From Saprospiraceae bacterium (GTDB lineage: Bacteria > Bacteroidota > Bacteroidia > Chitinophagales > Saprospiraceae), in NCBI GenBank assembly GCA_029263015.1, contig JAJCYI010000184.1, positions 1,266-65,265 on the forward strand: a DNA stretch of 64,000 nt, given 5' to 3'. Position 1 is the stretch's first letter, and the number at the start of each line of letters is the position of its first letter. Below the pieces are notes generated by a model that did not search any database, was not told the DNA's origin, and saw only the letters and a list, made by a program, of their open reading frames with translations. Positions 7,456-15,625 of this stretch are shown here, in pieces. A program made the position numbers and the translations under genes.

Positions 7456-9882
7456 TTAGCCCCTCACACTACTAAGTGTGAATTTCTTCACGACTGAAAC
7501 CGTCAAGTGCAATGCCACACCAAACAATGCCCAAAAAATCATTCTCGCCCGGCGGATGAGGCCGAACGTGATTCCCAATGCAGCAGTGTAGCCAAGAATA
7601 TCCAATGCAGCGCTGATTCCCAATTCGTTTACGCCCAATCCTTGGGGGATAACAAAGAAAAGGGATGCGCTGGTTGCGATAAATCCAGCTACTGCGGTAA
7701 GGTCGAAAATATCGGGAGCAAGGCCAAAGATCATGAACATGAGGTAGATTTCGACGAGGTTGAACGAACGGCCAAGGAATTTAAAGAAAAATGCCTGGAC
7801 AAACATCTTTGGCGGTACGGGATCATTGCGGTATTCCCCAACAATTTTCAGTTTTTTCAAAATAAACCCAGCAATCTTGGAAGGTGCTGAAGAAAGGGAG
7901 AGCCATACCATTCCCACTGCACTGACCATGAAAAGGCTAGCCGCAATTGTAAGGGGTACAAAAAAGACGGTGTCCAGCTCAATCGTGTACAATGTGACGC
8001 CCACGCAAAGTGCCGAGAACAGGAGTCCCGTAGTAGCATGGATCAACCGATCAACGACGATGGCCTGGCTGGCGGTGTGCCAGTCCAGCCACTGGGTAAG
8101 GTGCTTTAGTTTATGGGGTTCGCCACCAAGTCCGGCCAAGGGGATGATGGTGTTGTAAGCGTCACCGGTCAACTGGTTGTACATGAGGTCGGGGAAAGAA
8201 ACTTTTCCGTTCACAAGGATTCGCAGGCACATCGTGTTCGCCAAGATCCAGAGGATGGCCACACTGAACACGAGGAACAGTTTATTGCCTACGGCAGCCA
8301 ATGACTCAGCCACTACGCCTATTTCCATATTGAAAATGAGGGCACAAAGGATGACCACGCCAAACAGGTAAAAGTAGATTGGATTTATTTTACCAAAGAT
8401 GGTAGAGCCCGCACCTTCTTTTTGCATGGCTGATGCAGTTACTGACTTCGAGACCATGATCGCCGTTGCAGTAGTACCTAATAAAGCCAGCCAAAACATG
8501 GCTTGGTAGAGAAATACAATGCAAAACAAAAAAGTGACGAATGCCAACATATCTTGTTTGTGAAGTTCCCGCCAAAAATTGAAAAACCCGTCCAACAGCG
8601 AGGATGTATTGGCTGGTATTTCATTTTCTGGAATAAGGTTGGTAGGGTTGATCTCGTGGCGTTGGTTATAGGCCATAGAACCCATTTGCGCCAACATGTA
8701 AATGGCTAGGGCGGCCAGCATGACTACCGCGAACAGGTAAACTTGAGAACCGGTCGCATGCCAGGCACTGATGCCCAGCGCTTCAAAAAAAATGATGTAC
8801 CGCAGGTTGCTGGCAAACTGTTCGAACCATGCCCCAACGCGGGAAGTCCGCAAGGTCAGGCGGGCGAGCTCACCGTCACAACCATCAAATATGGAAGCAA
8901 GTTGGAAGATAAGTGCGCCGATGGCTATTTGTTGGTAAATGCCTGAAGAAGCAAACCATGCACCAACCATCGTCAATAAGAATACGAGTGCGGTAACAAT
9001 ATTTGGACTGACGTTGAACCTAGCCAGCCAAAAGCTGATACGAGTTGAGAAATAGCGGTTGATTTTCCGGCTTACCCAACCATCACTGGGACGGACTATC
9101 TGTTGCATCAGGCGGCGTTCTGCTTCCTTTTTCATGCTTGGGTTGTCCACATCTTGCCACATGGGCTTTTCAAGTGAAACTGCCCTGACCCCACTTTCAT
9201 CAATAAATTCCTGGATGATATTGCTGACGGAATTGGTGCCGTTTTTTGCGAGGTTGCCCACTCGCTTACCATAGTTCTTCGGAAAATAAAAAAGGCCAGT
9301 ATCTACTAGGTCGTATTCGGTGATCTCTTTCCCAATATTGTTGATGAACCCTTCTTTTGAAGCCACTTTGGTCGCATCATCCATATCAAAAACATCGTGG
9401 AGTTCAGGATCACAGGCAAGTGCTGGGAGGTGGGGCTGCTCTGTTGTTTCTTGAATAAAATCCTGAATGGTCGCCGGAGAAAAAATATGATCGGACATAG
9501 TCAATAAAAACGGCTCATCAAATCCCGCGGCCCCTGCTCCGAACGAAACCCCGTTCCCTTTTTCAAAATCTTCGCATACGACATATTCCACATCAATGTC
9601 TTTCAACCGGTTCAGCTTTTGCATTTCCGGTACGACCTGATCGCGGTACGCGCCTACCACGATACGGAAATGCTCCACACCAGCTTTGTTCAAAGTGAGG
9701 ATAGCCCGTTCCAGTAATCGGAGGCCACCGACTTTCATCAAGACCTTGGGTTTAAGAACCCCACTTTCCCTAAACCGGGAACTTTTGCCAGCTGCCAGGA
9801 TGACAGCATTTTTGACGGATATTAGAGCATTTGCGCCGGACAATAATTGCGTAGCTGGAGTAGCCACCGTTGTTGGTTTCAT
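7456..9882 (-). CDS. Tri-domain membrane protein: nucleotidyltransferase + CDP-alcohol phosphatidyltransferase-like + flippase-like (LPG-synthase-TM type) domain
   Basis: 808 aa. The N-terminus has VILAAGKSSRF (NTP-transferase loop). The middle has DGELARx8GAWFEQFAS, a CDP-OH-P motif with the last two Asp replaced by E and S. The C-terminal third is polytopic and contains NTIIPLAGLGGEPHKLKHL. Confidence 0.75.
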   Translation of the reverse strand: MKPTTVATPATQLLSGANALISVKNAVILAAGKSSRFRESGVLKPKVLMKVGGLRLLERAILTLNKAGVEHFRIVVGAYRDQVVPEMQKLNRLKDIDVEYVVCEDFEKGNGVSFGAGAAGFDEPFLLTMSDHIFSPATIQDFIQETTEQPHLPALACDPELHDVFDMDDATKVASKEGFINNIGKEITEYDLVDTGLFYFPKNYGKRVGNLAKNGTNSVSNIIQEFIDESGVRAVSLEKPMWQDVDNPSMKKEAERRLMQQIVRPSDGWVSRKINRYFSTRISFWLARFNVSPNIVTALVFLLTMVGAWFASSGIYQQIAIGALIFQLASIFDGCDGELARLTLRTSRVGAWFEQFASNLRYIIFFEALGISAWHATGSQVYLFAVVMLAALAIYMLAQMGSMAYNQRHEINPTNLIPENEIPANTSSLLDGFFNFWRELHKQDMLAFVTFLFCIVFLYQAMFWLALLGTTATAIMVSKSVTASAMQKEGAGSTIFGKINPIYFYLFGVVILCALIFNMEIGVVAESLAAVGNKLFLVFSVAILWILANTMCLRILVNGKVSFPDLMYNQLTGDAYNTIIPLAGLGGEPHKLKHLTQWLDWHTASQAIVVDRLIHATTGLLFSALCVGVTLYTIELDTVFFVPLTIAASLFMVSAVGMVWLSLSSAPSKIAGFILKKLKIVGEYRNDPVPPKMFVQAFFFKFLGRSFNLVEIYLMFMIFGLAPDIFDLTAVAGFIATSASLFFVIPQGLGVNELGISAALDILGYTAALGITFGLIRRARMIFWALFGVALHLTVSVVKKFTLSSVRG

Positions 9883-10178
9883 TCTAAAATATTGTACGTA
9901 GTTATTTTCAAAAAAATACTTTAGGACTAAATACCCTTTATTAATTGGTCAAACAAAAAAAAGTTGCATCAAAATGAGATCATTTGCAACCAATTTTTGG
10001 TTTGGGTGAAGTCCTTGTTAAAGCTTGACTATCAGTCTTTTTGGCTATAATGTGGATTTTGGCGCAAAGGTATATACAATGTTGTGGAAAATGAAAAGAA
10101 CGTTGTACTGATTATTGACAGGTAGAAGTTTGGGCGGGAATAATAGATGAATGAGTAATTGAGCGAATTTATTTTTTT

Positions 10179-10263
10179 GATTTAAGATTACATGATTTAT
10201 GGTTTTTGATTTAAGATTTGGTGCTCCCAGAATCAAAAACCTAAAATCATGTAGTCTTAAATC
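10179..10263. repeat. HP-F hairpin repeat, copy 1 (33-bp imperfect inverted arms)
   Basis: GATTTAAGATTACATGATTTATGGTTTTTGATT ... AATCAAAAACCTAAAATCATGTAGTCTTAAATC with 3 mismatches. Shares the 18-mer GATTTAAGATTACATGAT with the copy at 52121-52188. Confidence 0.75.
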
Positions 10264-10276
10264 TCAAGTTTGGACT

Positions 10277-10411
10277 CATACTACTGGACATTAGACGATA
10301 GATTTTTAGACATTAGACTATTTCAAACGTATAAATTTATAATAACCAATGACCTATGGATTTTACAGCGTCTAATGTCTATCGTCTAATTGTCTAATGT
10401 CCGGTAGTATG
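10277..10411. mobile_element. MITE (135 bp) with the termini of the IS4-family element at 42756
   Basis: Ends are CATACTACTGGACAT... and ...ATGTCCGGTAGTATG. Flanked by GTTTGGACT / GTTTGGATT, an 8/9-matching 9-bp target duplication. No ORF. Confidence 0.8.
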
Positions 10412-10436
10412 GTTTGGATTTTCGATTTTGTTGTAA

Positions 10437-12107
10437 TTATCTTGCTATCAGTAGTTTGCTCGCCTCTTGTTGATTGATTCGGACGAAATACATGCCGTTG
10501 GTGAGTGATGAAACATCAAGGTATTTGCGCCCACCAGTGAGGCGCATCAAAGCGATCACTTGACGCCCCATAATATCCACCACGTCAACATCCACCCAAA
10601 CGCCACCTTCCCATTCGATGGTGATCCTGTCAGTAGCAGGGTTTGGATAAAGAGCCAGCTGGAAATTGTCGAATTGGGTAAACACGGGAAGTATTTCATC
10701 ACAGAAATTGGTGTCAGGGTTCAATTCGAGCCAACCTTTTGGTGAAAGATCCCTGCCATTGAAACCTTCAAAATCAGCAGGATAACGTTCTGCCCGATAG
10801 GTCAAATTATTATTGATTTGGAGGGTGTCGCCTTGTGAAACCGATTGCCCCATTTTTAGTGGTGTCACGTATTCCCAGGCCAGATCGTTGTTGGGCGTAA
10901 GCTCAAAAATATAACCCTGTCTGCCAGCACAAACGAGGAAGTTGCCATTGTCTAACACTTGCAAACTTGATAGGCCGGTGGAAAAAACATCAGTAGGAGT
11001 CGGATGCGTGAGGTCAAGGTCATAAGTAGTGGGTCCCCAAACACCATTGGTCTGCGTATAACGCCATTCGTACATGTCCCAAGGCGGAGTGAAAACGTTA
11101 AAAGATGAAAAATCAGCACCAGCTCTGTTGTTGAAAAATGACATTTTTCCATATAGTGGGTGTGTCGGACTGACAAAATCATCGACCCATCGAACATCAT
11201 GGTTAAAAAACATGGTCTGATCGTCGGAGGTGCCTTGGTTGTATGCTAGAAGGTTGCCCCAGCGGTACATGAAATCACCGCCATCGCCACTCAATCCACC
11301 CGAATGGCTTGCTGCCTGAGCGGTTGTGGTGGAATGGTCAATGATGTAGGCTTCATTCATGAAAGGGGAACTGAACACAATTTGATTGAGGAGTGGGTTG
11401 AAATCGAGGGCGTTGGAATGCAACCAGTCACGCCCCCCGTCGTTCGTCGTGAAGTTGATATTGAGGAGTTCAGGGCTGTCGGCCACCACTCCAAAATTGT
11501 CTTTTGTCTGATCAAAATCCTGCACCATATGATCCCATAAATGCCATTCCCAAATGATGTCATTGGTATTGGGGTCAATTTCGAAAACCCATTCTGACCA
11601 AACCTCACCGTCTGGAATAAGTGCAGTGTCCCGACCAGCTTGCAAAGCTTCGGCCATAGTTTTGTTTTCCCATGCCAGCGCCAACACATTGCCATTTTCT
11701 GCTATCGAAAAATCGTGGTGCAGCCGGTTGAGGGAGTCGTTCATTTCAAAACTCCAAATAAGGTCATTGTCCCAGGAACGGATTTCAATGATGGCCCCGC
11801 CACCGCCAGCCCAAATGGCATCGTTGCCAATTGCTGAGTGGCGTTTGGCTTTATATAAATCGCCATTGGGCATAATATAAGCTGTATTTCCAGGTCGGAA
11901 ATCAGAGGAATCCTCCCACACGTGAGCTATTTCACCACAGTTGTCCAACAAGTAAACATTGGGCTGATTGTGCGGAAAAATGAGGTTGAAACCTTCATAA
12001 GCTTGGCCGGGGTTATATGAAAGAAGCCCCACGGTGTTGTCCTGTGCAATAGCTGCAGAAAGGAGGAAGGAAAAAATGATGTAGGTAGAGAGTAATTGTT
12101 TTTTCAT
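10437..12107 (-). CDS. Arylsulfotransferase-like beta-propeller protein with T9SS C-terminal sorting domain
   Basis: Signal peptide starts at ATG 12105-12107 (MKKQLLSTYIIFSFLLSAAIAQ). Has WEWHLWDH and HHD motifs. The C-terminus LYPNPATDRITIEW...NGMYFVRINQ is a type-A T9SS CTD. The family call is from memory of ASST-like proteins. Confidence 0.65.
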   Translation of the reverse strand: MKKQLLSTYIIFSFLLSAAIAQDNTVGLLSYNPGQAYEGFNLIFPHNQPNVYLLDNCGEIAHVWEDSSDFRPGNTAYIMPNGDLYKAKRHSAIGNDAIWAGGGGAIIEIRSWDNDLIWSFEMNDSLNRLHHDFSIAENGNVLALAWENKTMAEALQAGRDTALIPDGEVWSEWVFEIDPNTNDIIWEWHLWDHMVQDFDQTKDNFGVVADSPELLNINFTTNDGGRDWLHSNALDFNPLLNQIVFSSPFMNEAYIIDHSTTTAQAASHSGGLSGDGGDFMYRWGNLLAYNQGTSDDQTMFFNHDVRWVDDFVSPTHPLYGKMSFFNNRAGADFSSFNVFTPPWDMYEWRYTQTNGVWGPTTYDLDLTHPTPTDVFSTGLSSLQVLDNGNFLVCAGRQGYIFELTPNNDLAWEYVTPLKMGQSVSQGDTLQINNNLTYRAERYPADFEGFNGRDLSPKGWLELNPDTNFCDEILPVFTQFDNFQLALYPNPATDRITIEWEGGVWVDVDVVDIMGRQVIALMRLTGGRKYLDVSSLTNGMYFVRINQQEASKLLIAR

Positions 12108-12162
12108 GAAAACATTGATTGTCAAAATTGAGAATTGAGATATTACTCATCAATTCAAAAAC

Positions 12163-13833
12163 TTATTCTTTTATAAATTTCTGTGTTAAAAACTGCGTCT
12201 GTCTTTCATTGGACAAGCGAAGTAAATATAATCCTGGCACCCAGCCACTGACATTCATGTGTATTTGATAATTCGCTGACGTTTCTGACCTGATCAATTT
12301 TCCGGTTAAATCCCAGATTTCAATATTGACAGGTTTACCGGTTTCATTTTCGATCAGCATTGTTTCGCCAACAGGGTTATTTCTCAACCAGGTAGCTAGG
12401 GGGGCTGTGGGAGCTGAGGTTGACAGTGGGTTTTCATCGTAGATAATACAATCTGATGGCCACGGGTCTAATTCCACGGGATTTCCTAGAGTGAGGTCTT
12501 TTCCCTCAAAAGCAGGATAATCGGCAGGGTAGCGGGTGGCTCGGAAAGTATTATTGTTGTTGGGCTGGAGACCCTGTACCACTGGGCCGCTTATTCCTGA
12601 GACGGGGTTGATGTATTCCCAGACTACTTCTCCGTCTAATGATACTTCGAACATCTGCCCAGAAGTGCCTTCACAAATAAATTGGTTGCCATTGGGCAGG
12701 CAATGCGCCCCTGAGATATTGGCTGAATAAAAACCTGGTTCTTCATATGTCCAATCAAGATCGGTTGGGCCAAAAGGTTCATTGTCATTGATGAAGTAAC
12801 TCCCATTACTATTAGTTGGTGGAGTCCAAATATCAATAGAAGAAAAATTGCCACTGGGTCGACCTTGACCATTATTAAATACCATCAATTTACCAAAGTG
12901 GGGGTGGTTTTCAGCTAATATCCAAGTAACGTTGTGCTGGCCATAGAGGGTCTGCTCCGAATCGCCACCCCTATCATACACGCTGGGGTTTCCCCAGCGG
13001 TAGAGTAGGTCGCCACCTTTACCAGAATTACCTCCAGAATGACCAGTCGCTTCAGCCGTAGTAGTGCTGTGGTCAATGATCCATATTTCACTTAAATGCC
13101 TACTGCTCAGTACAATTTGATCAAGCTCGGGGTGATAGTCCACTGCGTTTACATGCACCCAGTCAACGCTACCACCGGGGAATCCACCGTTAGGGCCTCC
13201 ATAATTAATATCAACAAGTTCAGGGTGGTCGGCCACTGTGCCATAATTCACTCTGGTGCTGTCAAAGTCCTGTACCAGATGGTCCCACAAATGCCATTCC
13301 CACACCGCGTTGATGTCGCTGTCGCCCACCATTTCTATCTCCATGATTTGTTCCGGCCAGATGCCGTTGTTGCTGATGGCGCTGGGATCCCTGCCAGCTT
13401 CGATTGCTTCGATTTGGGTGCGGGCTTCCCAAGCGATGAGCAGGAAATTGCCATTTGGCAGGGGTTCAATATCGTGGTGTTGGTGGTAGTTTGGCGTTGC
13501 ATAATTATGAAACCAAAGCAGTTCGCTTTCCCAGTTGAACAGTTCAATGCGGCCAGCAATACCTCCTCCTGTGAAAGCACCTCCGATCCTGCAGGTCCTG
13601 AGCAGGTCACCATTTTCAAGAAGGTAAATAGCGGTGTTGCTGGTAAAATTGCTTTCCCAGGTATTGACCACAAAACCACAATTATCGATCAGATAAGTCG
13701 TATTGCCGTTGCCAAACAAAGTATAGCCATTTACCGAAAGGGAATCGTTCAAGAACAAGCCAACGGTTTGCTGGGCTTGGATTTGGGTAGAAATGAATAA
13801 AGAAAGGAAAGAGAGAAGTATGAGTTTTTTCAT
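12163..13833 (-). CDS. Arylsulfotransferase-like beta-propeller protein with T9SS CTD (tandem paralog)
   Basis: 556 aa, collinear with the neighbour (WEWHLWDHLVQDFD, IIDHSTTTA, YRWGNP conserved). CTD is ...GLYLLRLSNERQTQFLTQKFIKE. Confidence 0.65.
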   Translation of the reverse strand: MKKLILLSFLSLFISTQIQAQQTVGLFLNDSLSVNGYTLFGNGNTTYLIDNCGFVVNTWESNFTSNTAIYLLENGDLLRTCRIGGAFTGGGIAGRIELFNWESELLWFHNYATPNYHQHHDIEPLPNGNFLLIAWEARTQIEAIEAGRDPSAISNNGIWPEQIMEIEMVGDSDINAVWEWHLWDHLVQDFDSTRVNYGTVADHPELVDINYGGPNGGFPGGSVDWVHVNAVDYHPELDQIVLSSRHLSEIWIIDHSTTTAEATGHSGGNSGKGGDLLYRWGNPSVYDRGGDSEQTLYGQHNVTWILAENHPHFGKLMVFNNGQGRPSGNFSSIDIWTPPTNSNGSYFINDNEPFGPTDLDWTYEEPGFYSANISGAHCLPNGNQFICEGTSGQMFEVSLDGEVVWEYINPVSGISGPVVQGLQPNNNNTFRATRYPADYPAFEGKDLTLGNPVELDPWPSDCIIYDENPLSTSAPTAPLATWLRNNPVGETMLIENETGKPVNIEIWDLTGKLIRSETSANYQIHMNVSGWVPGLYLLRLSNERQTQFLTQKFIKE

Positions 13834-13994
13834 GCAAAAGCGATTTTGTAAATACTGAATTTACCAAATTCAGGTGTCATGCTCTACTTTGTCGGTTGCA
13901 TATTTAAACGGTTTATTGGAGTTTTTGTAGATAAAACTGAGTCCTGCCAACTGACGACTTTAAAAATGTGCGAATCTGGAGATTTGCACTACTT

Positions 13995-14453
13995 CTACAT
14001 ATCCATCAATACCACATCGGTGAGGATGAAATTCAGCTGGTCGAAATCCTCGTCGTTCAGCATCAGTGTTCCTTTGAATACATAAGGCCGGTCAATGTCA
14101 AAATCAGGTGCTTCCTCCTTGAGGCGAAGTTCTGCCACGCTTTCAGCGCCAGCCTCACCGCAAAAGAAACACATGGCGTATGGGAATTTCGATAAAATGA
14201 CCCCAGTAAATCCAGGAGCATCTGCGGTAGGGATGATATATCCTACCAACATGATTTCTTTTCCTTCCCATGCCAACACCTCGGGTGTGAATCCTGGCCA
14301 GGTCACGAACATGCCATATTCTTTGACAAAGGTTTTTTTGAATTCTGTTTTTTCGAAAACCTCCCAACCGTTTTGGTGTTGGGAAAAGACTGGAATAGAA
14401 GCGAGAATGGCTATGGTAAGAATGAGGCTTTTTATATACGTTTTTGATTTCAT
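13995..14453 (-). CDS. Small secreted protein of unknown function
   Basis: 152-aa ORF with a signal peptide (MKSKTYIKSLILTIAILASIPVFSQ). No motif recognised. Confidence 0.6.
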   Translation of the reverse strand: MKSKTYIKSLILTIAILASIPVFSQHQNGWEVFEKTEFKKTFVKEYGMFVTWPGFTPEVLAWEGKEIMLVGYIIPTADAPGFTGVILSKFPYAMCFFCGEAGAESVAELRLKEEAPDFDIDRPYVFKGTLMLNDEDFDQLNFILTDVVLMDM

Positions 14454-14565
14454 TAAAAAACGGGTTCAGTGATTTCTTTGAAAATGAGTGGTTTGTTTCC
14501 TCTTCCTAACAAAATTAGGGTTTTGCTCCTCAATATTCCAAATGCGTGATGATGCCATCGAGTTC

Positions 14566-14598
14566 AAAAGCGATGCTTTTCAAAAAAGCGTCGCTTTT
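14566..14598 (-). terminator. Hairpin with flanking A/T tracts downstream of the DUF4465 gene
   Basis: AAAAGCGATGC - loop - GCGTCGCTTTT (one mismatch). Bidirectional intrinsic-terminator shape. Confidence 0.5.
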
Positions 14599-14613
14599 AC
14601 AAATCAGGCCAAT

Positions 14614-15567
14614 TTATCGTTTCACAAACCGCTGGCTCATCCAGCCTTCTTCTGTCTGGATTTTAAGCACATAAATGCCCAGTGGCAATGTATTCACTTG
14701 GAAGGACTGGCGACCTGGTTGGATCGCGGTACGGGCAACTAATATTCCGTTCATGTCAAAAACGACAGCTTGTGCAGCCAATGGTTCGTTCCATTCAACG
14801 GTAAGGTAGTCAGTCGTTGGATTTGGGAATGTCTCCACGGCAAAGTCAACAACCTGCTCGTTCAGTCCATCAATAATCACTGTTTCCACATTGTCGATAC
14901 AAAAGTAAGCAGGGGTGTTCATGCCGAATTGGCCGATATCACTGGAACTGAGAAAAAAAGACAAGCTGTCCACATCGCCCAGTGTTGACAGATCAACAGT
15001 TTGCCAATCATTCACAATGTAGTCCATGTTGTTGTCATCGAACCGGTAGTCTGCCAAGTAAAATTCCACGCTGTCGCTGGTCAATTGGCCGCCTTTCCAA
15101 CTTTTGATGGTGAGCAGGAAAAAATCGGGGTCGTTGCCATCTTCGCCGCCGAATTTTTTTGCGAATGCGTCGCCGTCTAACATGCTCAGGTAAGCATAAG
15201 TGGCGTTGGTCACTTGTAGTTTATAAACATCCACAGCGCCGGTTTTGATCTGGGTGCTCCCCAAAACAAAAGAAACGGCATAAGTGGTTGAGCCATCGGC
15301 TCCGCTTCCTGCGATGGCACTGTACTGGTTTGTAAATCCTGGGGTTTGGGTATCGGTGGTTGCAGAGATCGCCCATCCCGACCAGGATGCCCAAGTGTCG
15401 TTATAAGAATTTGGGAAAAAGAGCCCTTCCGAGTCAAAGCCCTCGTTGCCGTCGCTGCCGTTCAAAAATTCACCAGCCGTTAAATTGAATTCTTCAAAAT
15501 CTACAAGCTGTGCGAATAATCCGCTGAATGTCAAGAGTGCAAAACAAAGAGTAATTGTTTTTTTCAT
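14614..15567 (-). CDS. DUF4465-like secreted protein with T9SS CTD
   Basis: 317 aa with a signal peptide. N-terminus is FEEFNLTAGEFLNGSDGNEGF...WSGWAISATTD...NQYSAIAG. C-terminus is FPNPTTDYLTVEW...GIYVLKIQT. Second gene of the riboswitch-controlled operon. Confidence 0.7.
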   Translation of the reverse strand: MKKTITLCFALLTFSGLFAQLVDFEEFNLTAGEFLNGSDGNEGFDSEGLFFPNSYNDTWASWSGWAISATTDTQTPGFTNQYSAIAGSGADGSTTYAVSFVLGSTQIKTGAVDVYKLQVTNATYAYLSMLDGDAFAKKFGGEDGNDPDFFLLTIKSWKGGQLTSDSVEFYLADYRFDDNNMDYIVNDWQTVDLSTLGDVDSLSFFLSSSDIGQFGMNTPAYFCIDNVETVIIDGLNEQVVDFAVETFPNPTTDYLTVEWNEPLAAQAVVFDMNGILVARTAIQPGRQSFQVNTLPLGIYVLKIQTEEGWMSQRFVKR

Positions 15568-15625
15568 TGTTGTATTGTGTTAGTGATTTGTAAATAGTGA
15601 TTAAGTGATTCTCAATTCTCAATTT

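Noticed and set aside
10045-10236. 63-aa minus-strand ORF
   Set aside because: Runs through the HP-F hairpin repeat in an AT-rich spacer. Repeat-derived.
13096-13800. 234-aa plus-strand ORF
   Set aside because: Lies entirely antisense within the well-supported ASST-like gene. Low-complexity composition and no motifs. Typical shadow ORF.
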